In this document: positions 18,322 through 28,169 of the stretch, in pieces
How positions within the stretch are numbered: the first letter of the stretch is position 1
Layout: every line of letters begins with the position of its first letter
From: Chromatiaceae bacterium
Lineage (GTDB): Bacteria; Pseudomonadota; Gammaproteobacteria; Chromatiales; Chromatiaceae
Direction of reading: 5' to 3'
DNA: 53,463 nucleotides
NCBI GenBank assembly: GCA_028277905.1
Contig: JANQFI010000034.1
Location: forward strand, 1 to 53,463
The notes under the pieces: model-generated
Seen by the model: only the letters and a program-made list of their open reading frames with translations
Told to the model about the DNA's origin: nothing
Database searches by the model: none
Program-made: the position numbers and the translations under genes

Positions 18322-20874
18322 ATGCATCGCCTTCGGATCATCCCGCTGCGGCTGGGCGTCCGGCGCGACCGAGTGGGGCGTCTTGTCGCGCGATCGAATG
18401 CTCCGCAGAGCGGACCCTACGCGCTCACGTCTGGCGCGAGGTCCGCTGTGCGGACCAGTCGCAGTGGCCGAGGTTGTGGCGCATGGCTCTTGCCCGCGCT
18501 GTTGCTGATCCTCTTGCTGCCGACGGCGGCTTTCGGCGTCAGCGGCGGCGACCACGTGCGCGTGGTGCTGGATACCAGCATGTCCATGTCCGGTCCGCCC
18601 GGGCCAAACGACCGCGGCCGGCTCGCGATCCTCGCGACCATGCTGCTCTACGACCTGGTCGACCCGAACCCGCAGGACCCGCGGGAGCCGGACAGCTTCG
18701 TCGTCTTTCCCTTTGCCCACTGGAGCGAGTGGTCCAGTCCGAGTCAGCCGCCGCCCACCGGGACCGGCCAACCCATCGAGGCCCTGGGACAGGATACGGC
18801 GGACCGCGAGGCCTTCCGCGCAAGCCTGCAGGGCCTCGCCTACGATGCGCCCTGGACCTATTTCTACCCTGGGCTCAAGCGCGCCGTCGAAGACGTGCTC
18901 GCCGCATCCGGCGGTCCGGAGGACCGGCGTGTCGTCGTCTTGGTAACCGACGGCCTACCGGAGACGGAGATCAAGGCCCGGGAGGCCGAGCTGCTCAGCG
19001 AGCTGCGCAATCAGATGCTCGCCGCCAAGGTAGGCTTCTACGTGCTCGCCTTCGGCCCGACTGCCGCGAGCGAGCGGGATTTCTTCGATCAGCTGTTTGA
19101 GGGTGCGGGCGGATTGCCCCTCGGGGAGCTGTTCGTGGACCCGGACGGACGCGATCTGGTCCTGAACATGGCGCGCATCTTCTCGCGCAGCTTCGGCTAC
19201 GACGTGGAGCATCTGGGCCCCGGACCGGCCGCACGCATGCTGGACCTGGATGGCGGCATCACCCCGCCGAAGGTGGCCATGGTGGCACTGCGCCGCGGCG
19301 GCGGCGCGTCGCCGGAGCAGGACTTCTCGCCGTCGGTGAACGCCCCGCGCGGTGTCCAAAAGGCGAGGTCCCAAGGCGAGGCCGCGCACAGCGCCGCCTA
19401 TTCCATGCAGATGATCGAGGGCGTCGTACCCAACCTCGAGTACGCGCTGGACACCGGCGTCGCCGGCGTAGACATGGCGCTGCTGCGCAAGGTGGAGCCA
19501 GAGTTGTCCGTTTGGCCTGGCGAGGTAGAGCTGGACGGCGTGCCGCACCCGATGCGCCAAGCCCACCGGGTGATGGCCGAGACGCCCTTCACACTGCGGA
19601 TATTGGCAGCATCCCCCATCGGCACCCCGGGTGGCCAAGCCGAAGACCTGCATGTCAGCGCCCGCCCGCACGGGCCGCGCAAGATCGGCTGCGAGTACGA
19701 CTGGACCGAGGGCTGGATTGGCTACGGCGCGCGCGACAGCTGGGGCGATGGCGTCGCCTTCGACGTGCGCCTGGAGTTTCCGGCCAACGCGAACGACCCG
19801 GCCGCGATCTACGACGGCTTCGTCGACGCGGTCGCAAAATTCAACGAATTCGACGTGGACAAGCTCGACTGCGATGACGCGCATGGGCTCGAGGTCTATC
19901 CAAAGATCGCGATCCGCACCGCTCCGGCGGACGGCTATCTGGACCCGCCCTCCCTGGAGCCCGGCGTCGCCGAGCAGGGCTGCGTCCACTTTCGGCTCGA
20001 AACCGACGAGCCGCAGAAGCTGGCCGTGCTGCAAACCGAGCTTTATCGCCTGCGCGCCTATCTGGAGCCCGGCAGCCCCGACCTCGCCGACGGCGCCCTG
20101 GCCGGGGCCGAGTACCGCCTCGATCGCGAGGCGGTGGCCTTCGAGGACCTCGCTTCGCCCTGGCACACCGGCCGCGGCCTGCTCCTGGCCGAGCTGCTGG
20201 GCGAGCATCGCTTCTGCGTCGACCTGGGCAGCCCGAACCTCACCGACCCAAGCCCCGACCTGACCCTGACGCTGCACCTGGCCCTGGACCACACCCCCTA
20301 CGACGACTTCCGCGTCATCGAGCCCTTTCGCGCCAAGCTGCGGGTCGTGCCCCTGCTCCCGCCGAGCTGGGCCGACTTCCCTTGGGCCGCGCTCTGGGCG
20401 CTGCTCGGCCCGTTGCTTGTCGGATTGGCCGCAATGGCGCTCATCGCGCCACGCTGGGGCCTGCCGGACGACCTGGGCTACAGCTTGACCCGGCTTGACG
20501 ACACGGCCGCGTCGGCCGGTAGCCCAGGGACCGGCGAGGCCGGCGCCGCAGGAGATATTACCCCGGTGCCGGCCCCGTTGCTGCCGCTACCGCCGCTCGC
20601 CTGGTGGCAACGCCTGCCGCTGCCCCTCGGCCGCCGGATGCGACCGCTCCCTGACCCAGGAAGCGACCGCGTCCTCGCATGGGTTCAGCCCCGCTCGCGG
20701 GAGCTGTTTAGCCTGCGTCCTGCGAAGGGGTTGTGGGTGAGTGAGGGGGAAGGGCCGGCGCTGAACTTGGACCGCGGGCGGCTAGAGGTGCAGGTGCATC
20801 GAGATTACAGGATCGTCGGGGACGGCGGTCCTTGGCGTCTACGATTGGACTACTTAGACGCCCGGTCCGAGTGA
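18322..20874 (+). CDS. Second exported single-pass vWA protein
   Basis: Signal peptide LLPALLLILLLPTAAFG, MIDAS VRVVLDTSMSM, VVVLVTDG, C-terminal TM and beta-rich tail; start uncertain (ATG 18322 follows upstream stop). Confidence 0.85.
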   Translation: MHRLRIIPLRLGVRRDRVGRLVARSNAPQSGPYALTSGARSAVRTSRSGRGCGAWLLPALLLILLLPTAAFGVSGGDHVRVVLDTSMSMSGPPGPNDRGRLAILATMLLYDLVDPNPQDPREPDSFVVFPFAHWSEWSSPSQPPPTGTGQPIEALGQDTADREAFRASLQGLAYDAPWTYFYPGLKRAVEDVLAASGGPEDRRVVVLVTDGLPETEIKAREAELLSELRNQMLAAKVGFYVLAFGPTAASERDFFDQLFEGAGGLPLGELFVDPDGRDLVLNMARIFSRSFGYDVEHLGPGPAARMLDLDGGITPPKVAMVALRRGGGASPEQDFSPSVNAPRGVQKARSQGEAAHSAAYSMQMIEGVVPNLEYALDTGVAGVDMALLRKVEPELSVWPGEVELDGVPHPMRQAHRVMAETPFTLRILAASPIGTPGGQAEDLHVSARPHGPRKIGCEYDWTEGWIGYGARDSWGDGVAFDVRLEFPANANDPAAIYDGFVDAVAKFNEFDVDKLDCDDAHGLEVYPKIAIRTAPADGYLDPPSLEPGVAEQGCVHFRLETDEPQKLAVLQTELYRLRAYLEPGSPDLADGALAGAEYRLDREAVAFEDLASPWHTGRGLLLAELLGEHRFCVDLGSPNLTDPSPDLTLTLHLALDHTPYDDFRVIEPFRAKLRVVPLLPPSWADFPWAALWALLGPLLVGLAAMALIAPRWGLPDDLGYSLTRLDDTAASAGSPGTGEAGAAGDITPVPAPLLPLPPLAWWQRLPLPLGRRMRPLPDPGSDRVLAWVQPRSRELFSLRPAKGLWVSEGEGPALNLDRGRLEVQVHRDYRIVGDGGPWRLRLDYLDARSE

Positions 20875-21059
20875 CTTCAGTCAAGCGGTCTAGCACTGCC
20901 TAAATGAACCTTGCCGGCAAGCTTAAGCCGAGCTAATTGTGAGCGCACGTGCCGATGATCCTGGCTTGATGTGCCCAGCCCTGGAAGTGCCTTTCTTGAT
21001 TCTTGCGTGCCCTGACATATCGCAGCAATATTGATCTATAGCCTAGGGGGAAATGGAAA

Positions 21060-21572
21060 ATGGGAGCTGATCAGGAGAAGATTAGTAAACCAAGTGTGCC
21101 ACACAACGACAATCGATAGCTGGCGGATCCAATAGTCTCCTTGGCGGCGGGTATTGTTATAGTCATAGGTGGTCTATTATTGTCCGCCGACGGCAGAGAT
21201 AGCATGTCTGCACAGTGGGAGCGTATCCAATATGCACTTGATCGACCTCCCCGCCGAGTGATGAGCGGATCATTCGCGCATAGCAGTCGCTCGCGATTTA
21301 AATGGATAGCCAATAGGGCTGGCGACTTCAAGCGCCTATGGATTTTCATGTTGGACGTAAGCGGTTCTATTGCCGAGTATGAGAGTATCCCAGGGCCGGC
21401 TTGGTATCTGCCTGCCTACAGGGAGGTCGTTGGTGAAGTTGGGGACGAGCACCTGAGCTCTGCCGAGAGGGAATCAATCCCGCCAAGCTCGGGCCCAATC
21501 CCCGTATTTTACGCTGGAAAGGTCCTTCTCGCAAATAGGAAAGGCGATCCCACGAGTGCTTTGCTGCGGAAG
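21060..21572 (+). pseudogene. Lower-GC membrane vWA-like pseudogene
   Basis: AGGGGG then ATG 21060, in-frame TAG at 21117-21119, TM GIVIVIGGLLL, MIDAS-like WIFMLDVSGS; the frame runs into the repeat element at 21573. Confidence 0.5.
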
Positions 21573-21678
21573 TTCCGAGACCGGGATCCACTCGTTGTCG
21601 TTGTCGTTGTCGTAATCGTAATCGAATATCCGCACGGTGAGACAGCGACAATGACAATGACCTGAGACGGTCTCGGGA
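21573..21678. mobile_element. MITE/REP-like element with short terminal inverted repeats and internal hexamer arrays
   Basis: ccgagaccg (21575-21583) and cggtctcgg (21668-21676) are perfect inverted repeats enclosing (gtcgtt)n(gtaatc)n and roughly complementary (gacaat)n. Confidence 0.55.
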
Positions 21679-21874
21679 CCTTCGCACTGCTGCACTAGCT
21701 GCTTTCACGAAGTTACGGTGTCTTTTCCTTGCCGCTCTCGTTCGGACCACTCAATATCGAAGCTGCAACGGTCAGGCGGCAGAAAAGGTCCGCGCTGGTC
21801 CGGCTAGTGAAGACGGGGCGACGTTTGCGCGGATCCTTGCTGGGTATTGGTGCAGTGCAGACGAAGGCAAGCTG

Positions 21875-22225
21875 ATGGTCTGGTTTGACGAAAGGGGGTC
21901 GTTACGCATGTATGGGGGTGGCTATACAGGCAGTGGCACTTATCGAATAGAGCCTGAGGATGGGGTGTTCTTGGTTAAGGTTCACTGGGAGGGTGGCTCG
22001 CAGGATCACGGGCGTTCCACTACGTACCGCGTTATTCTGCATCAGGTTGACGGCCGCGATTCGTTGAGCGTACTGCCTGTGGACAGAGAACAACAGCGGG
22101 AGATGAGCTTTTGTCGTTGCACGCCGACGAAGATTGAAGAATTCCGCGGAGTTGGAGACGGGACGGAGCCTTCGAGGTCGGGAGACTCTGCGCAGTTGGG
22201 CGAGCATTATACTTCGAGAATTTAG
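21875..22225 (+). CDS. Small hypothetical beta-rich protein, possibly 5'-truncated
   Basis: 116-aa ORF in lower-GC patch; frame stays open upstream to the element boundary (..ILAGYWCSADEGKL-MVWF) with no ATG/GTG/TTG. Confidence 0.45.
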   Translation: MVWFDERGSLRMYGGGYTGSGTYRIEPEDGVFLVKVHWEGGSQDHGRSTTYRVILHQVDGRDSLSVLPVDREQQREMSFCRCTPTKIEEFRGVGDGTEPSRSGDSAQLGEHYTSRI

Positions 22226-22315
22226 AGTGGTATCTTAGCCTGGGAATGGGGTTCCGAGTGTGTTGAACGCTTTAGATACTCGACGAAATTAGACAAGATC
22301 GTTGGTGGCTGAATC

Positions 22316-25300
22316 ATGAGTGAATACATTGCCGCCCAAGGCAGCATCATCCCCACGCTCTTCGTCGGCCTCGGGGGCGTCGGCTCACGCATCGTCGACC
22401 GTATCGCGGGGCGGGCGGTGCAGTTGCCAAACTGGGGCTCGCAGCTCGAGGGGCTGAACGCCTTCCTGTCCATCGACACCAACGAGCTGGATCAGCACAA
22501 GCTGCAGCAAATTCCGCCGGGCAACCGCATCAACATCGCCGCCTTCGACAAGGCGCGGGTGGTGGAGTACCTGCGAAAGTCGAAGGACGCGCAGACCCGC
22601 GAGTGGCTGGACGATAGCTATCAGCCCAGGGCGGGGTACAAGCCAGGGGCGGGGCAGATCCGGCTGGAGTCGCGGTTGGGGTTCTTCTACCACTCCGCGG
22701 AGATCCGCCGGCGCTTCGAGGAGCTGATCGCGGCCCTGCTTCGGCCCGGGAACACCTGGCGGCAGTCCAGCCCGCCGAAGATGAACATCTATCTCTTCTG
22801 TACGCTCGCGGGCGGCACCGGCTCGGGGAGCTTCCTGTCGGCGGCCTATCTGCTGGATGCGGTGGTGCGCGAGCGGCATTGGCAGCCGCGCGTGATCGCG
22901 AACCTGTTGCTGTCGACGCTGCTGACCGACAAGGTGGGCCCGGAGCTGCACTCGGACATCCATGCCAACACCTATGCGGCGCTGAAGGAGCTGGAGCACC
23001 TGACAAAGCTCGACTACGACCAGGTCAAGCAGGCCGGGCGCACCTCCGACACCTTCGTCTACGTGCGCGACGAGAACAGCGACGAGATCCCGCGGGTGTC
23101 GCAGCGGCCCTTCTTCATGTCCTTCATCATGGATCAGCCGCCGCACTTGGGCCTGCCGCGAGCCGAGGCGGCCATCGCCGACGCCGCCTTCCTGCAGGTG
23201 TTCACGCCGATCATCGATAACCTCTCAGGGGAGCTGGACAACTACGAGAAGAACCTGGAGGGCCTGACCCGCTACCCAGGCGACCTGTCCGACGTCGGCG
23301 AGGGCTACAGCAAGAACTTTGGCGCCTATGGCGCGGCGGCCATGGTGCTGCCGGGTGCCGACCTGCTGGCGTATGGCGCGCACCGCTTCGCGGCGCAGGC
23401 GATCCGCAGCCAGATCACCTTCGGCGCGGATCGCTCCAATCCGAGCGACGAGCGCGTGCGGGCGCTGGCCAAGCATGCCGTGGACTACTCGGACCCGAGG
23501 TTCCAGAAGATGGCGGAGCAGGGCCGCGAGGACGCCATCAACGACTCTTTCGTGCGCTCGGTGCGGGAGCTGCGGCGCCAGGACGCCGCCGAGGAACTGA
23601 CCGACGGCTATTGGTATCGGTTGGTGGAGGCGGTGGACGAGGGTGCGGTCACCGGCACCGACGACAAGGGCGAAGAGCAGCGCGGCGAGACGCTGATGCG
23701 GGCGGTGGAGCGGCGCCTGAGCGAGCAGCGCACCCAGCTGATCACCAAGATCAGCATCAAGGACAGGTCCATGTTCTTCCCGAAGGAGAGCGTCAACGTC
23801 TATATCGACTCCATCGCGAAGCTGGAGGAAGAGGTCCGCATCGGCCACCAGCTGGTCGCCGGCGAGACACCGCAGCTGGTCAGCGCCGCCGAGGAGGGGG
23901 ATGCCATCGCGGAGCTTGCGCTCGACCCCATCGCCGAGCGCTACCTGGTGGTGCGGCTGCTGGCGCAGTGCGCAGGGGAGTGGCTGCCCCAGGCAGAGGA
24001 GCAGTTCCGCAAGGCGGAGAAGGCGGACCTGATCGCCAATCCAGCCGTGCGCAAACGCCTGCGCGAGGAGATCTACGAGTCCTTGCAGCGGGCGGCGGGC
24101 TCGCGGCGGCTGTTCAACCGCGACCGGGACTTCGAGCAGGTGCGCCAGGAGGCGCAGAACGAGTACAGCAAGACGCGCAATGCGGCCATCAAGCTACTGG
24201 ATGCGAAGGTGCGGCTGCAGCAGTTTCGCGGCCTGCACGACTACCTGAAGCGCCGCTCGCGCCAGTTCGTGCGCCTGGCGACGCGCATGGACGCGCTGGT
24301 TCGCGAGCTGGACGCCGACGCCGAGCGGCTGCGCGCCGGCGAGACCGGCATCACGACGCCGCTGGCGTTGCGCGTAGAGGTCTTCGAGACCCTGCGCGAG
24401 CCACGCGAGCGCATCTGGGACCGGGTCTACGATGCGATGTTCATCGCCGGCGGGCGCTTCCTCGCCACCTTCGACCGGCAGGTGCTGTCGCGCACCATCA
24501 CCGATCAGCTGAAGCCCGTAGTGGATGACCAGGGCCGCGTCACCGAGAAGACGGTGGAGCAGACCGTCGCCGACCTGCGTCGCGCGCTCTTGGGCCTGGG
24601 GCACGAGCGTCTCGGCCCGGCCATTCTCGGGAATAGCGAGCAGGACGGGCTCGACCTGGTGCGCGGCCTGCAACTGGAGGCGGAGCTGTTGTCCAGCCCC
24701 GCGGGCGGCGGCACGGCCGACCCGGCCGCGGTGACCGAGTACAAGCGGATGAAGTTCCGCGCCCTGGCGCAGATCGCGGGCGTGCTGGCAAGGGTGAGCT
24801 CGGCAGATACCAAGGCGCTCGACGACGGTGTGGTAGTCAACCGCACGCGCCAGCTGATCCTGGGCGTCGATACGCAGGCCGGCGGCCAGGGCGCCGAGGC
24901 CTTCGAGCGCGAGCTGACGAGCATCCTGTCGGAGGCCGGCCGCCAGGTGAAGACCGACCGCTGGTACGACCCGCGGTTGATGATCGTGCACGACGTGGAG
25001 ATGCCGATTCCGCTCTACTACTTTCCGCCGGTGGTGGGTGACGTGGAGGAGGCCTATCTGCGCGTCGCCGGCAACGAGCAGCGCGGCTATCACCTGCATA
25101 CGGACTTCCGCTGGGAGCGCTCGCTGCCGAACCTCAATCCGCGCCGCTCGGAGCTGGGCGTGAGCTGGGCCTTGCAGACCCTGACCAGCGCGCTTGCCGC
25201 GGGCGTCATCCAGCCGCAGGCCGACCACTGGGTGTGGCTCGATGCGAGCGGCAAGCCGGAGATGAGGCTGCATCCGCTGCTCTCCGGGACGCTATACAAG

Positions 25301-25594
25301 CTGGGCGAGATCTACAGCCGCGAGCGCCTGCGGGCGAGCCTGGAGACGCAAATCGAATCCGCCGAGACCGAGCAGGGCGCCGAGGCCATGGCGCGCCGGC
25401 GCGGCCGGCTGGACGAGCTGCTGGAGGATCGCCTCAAGGCCACCGAGAAGCGCGAGCTGGACGGCAGCGTGCGCAAGACCGATTACCTGGATCGGCCCGT
25501 GATCCGGGCCGTGCAGTTGCTCCTGCGCGAGCACACCGAGAAGCAGGCACCGGACACCGGCGGCTACACGCCACAGGACTGGGACCTTGGCTGA
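22316..25594 (+). CDS. Tubulin/FtsZ-like GTPase domain protein (Tubulin_2 / FtsZl1-type) with long helical C-terminal region
   Basis: PTLFVGLGGVGSRI, FLSIDT, GAGQIRLESRL, tubulin signature LAGGTGSGSF, ANTYAALKELEH; 1092 aa. Confidence 0.92.
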   Translation: MSEYIAAQGSIIPTLFVGLGGVGSRIVDRIAGRAVQLPNWGSQLEGLNAFLSIDTNELDQHKLQQIPPGNRINIAAFDKARVVEYLRKSKDAQTREWLDDSYQPRAGYKPGAGQIRLESRLGFFYHSAEIRRRFEELIAALLRPGNTWRQSSPPKMNIYLFCTLAGGTGSGSFLSAAYLLDAVVRERHWQPRVIANLLLSTLLTDKVGPELHSDIHANTYAALKELEHLTKLDYDQVKQAGRTSDTFVYVRDENSDEIPRVSQRPFFMSFIMDQPPHLGLPRAEAAIADAAFLQVFTPIIDNLSGELDNYEKNLEGLTRYPGDLSDVGEGYSKNFGAYGAAAMVLPGADLLAYGAHRFAAQAIRSQITFGADRSNPSDERVRALAKHAVDYSDPRFQKMAEQGREDAINDSFVRSVRELRRQDAAEELTDGYWYRLVEAVDEGAVTGTDDKGEEQRGETLMRAVERRLSEQRTQLITKISIKDRSMFFPKESVNVYIDSIAKLEEEVRIGHQLVAGETPQLVSAAEEGDAIAELALDPIAERYLVVRLLAQCAGEWLPQAEEQFRKAEKADLIANPAVRKRLREEIYESLQRAAGSRRLFNRDRDFEQVRQEAQNEYSKTRNAAIKLLDAKVRLQQFRGLHDYLKRRSRQFVRLATRMDALVRELDADAERLRAGETGITTPLALRVEVFETLREPRERIWDRVYDAMFIAGGRFLATFDRQVLSRTITDQLKPVVDDQGRVTEKTVEQTVADLRRALLGLGHERLGPAILGNSEQDGLDLVRGLQLEAELLSSPAGGGTADPAAVTEYKRMKFRALAQIAGVLARVSSADTKALDDGVVVNRTRQLILGVDTQAGGQGAEAFERELTSILSEAGRQVKTDRWYDPRLMIVHDVEMPIPLYYFPPVVGDVEEAYLRVAGNEQRGYHLHTDFRWERSLPNLNPRRSELGVSWALQTLTSALAAGVIQPQADHWVWLDASGKPEMRLHPLLSGTLYKLGEIYSRERLRASLETQIESAETEQGAEAMARRRGRLDELLEDRLKATEKRELDGSVRKTDYLDRPVIRAVQLLLREHTEKQAPDTGGYTPQDWDLG

Positions 25595-28169
25595 GGACGC
25601 CCTGGCCGAGCTGGAGGCCGCAGCGGATGCCGATGTGATGCCGGCGCCCGCCGGTGCGATGAAGCCGAGCATCCTCATCGGCTATGGCGACTTCGGCAAG
25701 GAGGTGCTGCAGCGGCTGCTCGCGAGCACGGCGCCGCGCGGCATTCTGCACTGGGGCCGCGCCGCGCAGGCGCGGGGCGGCGCCGGCGAGCAGCGGCTGC
25801 GTGACATTGCCATGCTGTGGCTGCCGGGCCGCGAGCGTGCCGGCACCGCCGACGATTTGGCCCAGAGGCTGCGAGACGCCGGCACCAAGGCGGACTTCAT
25901 TACCGATCTGCAGCGTCAGATCCAGCTCGTGGACTCCAGCCCCGGCGCGGCCGAGCAGGCCCTGGGCGATACCGCCACCGCCGCGGTGGAATGGCTGTTG
26001 CTGCCCGAGAACGCGGCCGGACGTGGCAGCAGCGCCGGACTGGACATCATGCTGGTCGCGCACATCGACAAGAAGGAGCGCGTCGGCGAGCTGGACAAGC
26101 TGATCCGCGGCCTGCTCAGGCGGCTCGTGCGCGACAAGCCCGGCTGGGCGGCGGCGCAAACCAGCGACCGCAAGCTGAACTGCATCGCGGTCCTCGATTT
26201 CGATAACTTCCGCCGCCCGGACCAGGAAGGCACCAGCATGCGGGCTGCATTGCGGCGCTCGATGGTCTACTGGAAGAGCGAGCTGGATGCCAAGCGGCCG
26301 GCGCTGGACCGCTGCTGGCTCGTGGACGGCAGCGCCCGCGACGATCACCGCAGCGTCAAGAGCCGGTTGGACGAGGTGACGCTGTTCCTGGAGCTGTTGT
26401 TGTTCGCCGGCCTGCGCAACGACGAGCAGCTGCGCGAGCTCTACCAGCAGGTCGGCCAGGACCAGCAGATCGCGGCCGCCTTCGGCCTGCGGGCGGTGGA
26501 GCGCAGCCCGCTGTTGCTGAGCCGCATCGCGGCGGCGCGCTTCGGCGTCGGCTGGCTGCCCTATCTGCGCGGCGATCCGGCCGCCGGTCTGAGCCGCCCG
26601 GCGCGCAAGCTGGAGGCCGCGCTCAAGCCATTGCGCGCGGCGATACTGCCCAAGCAGGCGCCTGCGGCAACGGCCGGGGCGGCTGGTGCTCTCGATGCGG
26701 ACGAGCTGGCGACCGGCGGCGATGCCCTGGATAGGCAATGGCGCGCGGATACGGATGGGCTCGCCGCGGAGCTGCTGGGGCTGCGCGACTACGACACCGA
26801 GGGCTGGGCGGAACAGGCCGAGCAACGCTTCGCCAGTGGCGCGCGCAGCATCGAGCTGGCCCTGCAGCGCGCCGGCCTCGAGCGTATCCGCAGCCTGCGA
26901 GCACGCTACCTCCAGGACGGTGGCCAGGCGCTGGCGGATGCCCTGACGGCCGACCTGAACGACAGCATGGAGCCGGTGCCACTGGCCGATGTGCTGGCCA
27001 CAGTGAAGGCTGCCATCGCGGCCCTGGAGGAGCAGGCGAGCGGTGGCGGCGCGGTGGGGCAGGTCGGTGCCGGGCTTGCGCGGGCCCGCGCGGCACATCG
27101 CGACTATCTGGCGGCGCGGGACGAGTGGATTGCGGGCTACGGCCGCGGGCTCGACGCATTCTGGCCCCTGCTGGCGCTGTTGGCGGCGCTTGGCGCGGCG
27201 CCCTTCGCGGGCGATCTGCTGCGTCTGCTGCCCTGGCTCGCGGGGGCGGGCACCGAGTGGCAAGAGCGCCTGCAGACGGCCGTCGACTGGATCGACCGGC
27301 CGCTGTTCCTGGCGGCGCTGCTGTTCGCCCTCGCCTGGGGCTCGCTCAGGCTGCTCGTGCACCCGCACCTGGTGCATGGCATCCGGCGCGCCCGGGGCTT
27401 CTTCGTGGACCCGGCGCGCGGGCGCCTGCGCGATGCCATCCTCGCCGACTGCGCGGCGCTGCACGCCTTGCTGGAGCAAGCGGAGACCAACGTCCGCGCG
27501 ACCCTGGCCGCGGATCTATTGCGCACGCTGCGTCGCATCCGCCGGCGGCTGCGCGACCGCGACCGGGAGATGGATTGGCTGCGCGTGCAGCTGCGCGAGT
27601 TCCTGCGCATGCAAGGGGTACACCCGGATGAGGTGCACCCGGACCGGGATGCTATCCAGCCTCCACCTAACAGCGCCCATCAGCTCATCGTGGCGCGCGA
27701 TGACCTCAGGCGCATCATGAGCAAGAAGCCGGCCGACCCGGAGCGGTTTCGGGCGCGGCAGCGCGACCTGCTGGAGCAGCCCTTCGGTGCCTGGCAGCAG
27801 CGCTACGCCGATGCCTTCTTGGACCTGTTCGGCTTTGTGCGCAAGCTGAGCCGCTTCTATCGGCGCCAGGCGGAGAGCGGCGATGGCGCCGGCGAGCGGG
27901 AGCGGCGTGTGCGGCAGGCCGCGCTCAAGCGGCTGGCCGAGCAACCGGGCTTCGCCTTGGCCTTCCGGGTGCCGGTGGATCGCTCCGAGTCCGCCGCCGA
28001 GACCTTCTGCGTGCTACCCCAGACTTGGCGCGATCAGGCCGCCCGCGACCAGCTCGGCAAGATCGGCGTGGAGGACACGCGCCTGCGCAGCGGCGCCGAC
28101 CCGGCGCGGGCCTATCTGCTCCAGCGCCACCTGAATATCGCCCCCGAGGCCCTGGAGGCCGGCGAATGA
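25587..28169 (+). CDS. Degenerate tubulin-like protein lacking the GGGTGSG signature, with two TM helices
   Basis: PSILIGYGDFGKEVL aligns with PTLFVGLGGVGSRIV; LDIMLVAHI-DKKERVG replaces MNIYLFCTL-AGGTGSG; AAAFGLRAV ~ GAYGAAAMV; overlaps upstream stop. Confidence 0.7.
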   Translation: MAEDALAELEAAADADVMPAPAGAMKPSILIGYGDFGKEVLQRLLASTAPRGILHWGRAAQARGGAGEQRLRDIAMLWLPGRERAGTADDLAQRLRDAGTKADFITDLQRQIQLVDSSPGAAEQALGDTATAAVEWLLLPENAAGRGSSAGLDIMLVAHIDKKERVGELDKLIRGLLRRLVRDKPGWAAAQTSDRKLNCIAVLDFDNFRRPDQEGTSMRAALRRSMVYWKSELDAKRPALDRCWLVDGSARDDHRSVKSRLDEVTLFLELLLFAGLRNDEQLRELYQQVGQDQQIAAAFGLRAVERSPLLLSRIAAARFGVGWLPYLRGDPAAGLSRPARKLEAALKPLRAAILPKQAPAATAGAAGALDADELATGGDALDRQWRADTDGLAAELLGLRDYDTEGWAEQAEQRFASGARSIELALQRAGLERIRSLRARYLQDGGQALADALTADLNDSMEPVPLADVLATVKAAIAALEEQASGGGAVGQVGAGLARARAAHRDYLAARDEWIAGYGRGLDAFWPLLALLAALGAAPFAGDLLRLLPWLAGAGTEWQERLQTAVDWIDRPLFLAALLFALAWGSLRLLVHPHLVHGIRRARGFFVDPARGRLRDAILADCAALHALLEQAETNVRATLAADLLRTLRRIRRRLRDRDREMDWLRVQLREFLRMQGVHPDEVHPDRDAIQPPPNSAHQLIVARDDLRRIMSKKPADPERFRARQRDLLEQPFGAWQQRYADAFLDLFGFVRKLSRFYRRQAESGDGAGERERRVRQAALKRLAEQPGFALAFRVPVDRSESAAETFCVLPQTWRDQAARDQLGKIGVEDTRLRSGADPARAYLLQRHLNIAPEALEAGE

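Noticed and set aside
20949-21011. Four GTGCC pentamers as a possible operator array
   Set aside because: Irregular spacing and too short to be significant
21593-21663. CRISPR array
   Set aside because: Tandem hexamers without unique spacers; no cas genes
22316-25594. Cell-division ftsZ
   Set aside because: 1092 aa, no dcw cluster context, and motifs are of the Tubulin_2 type
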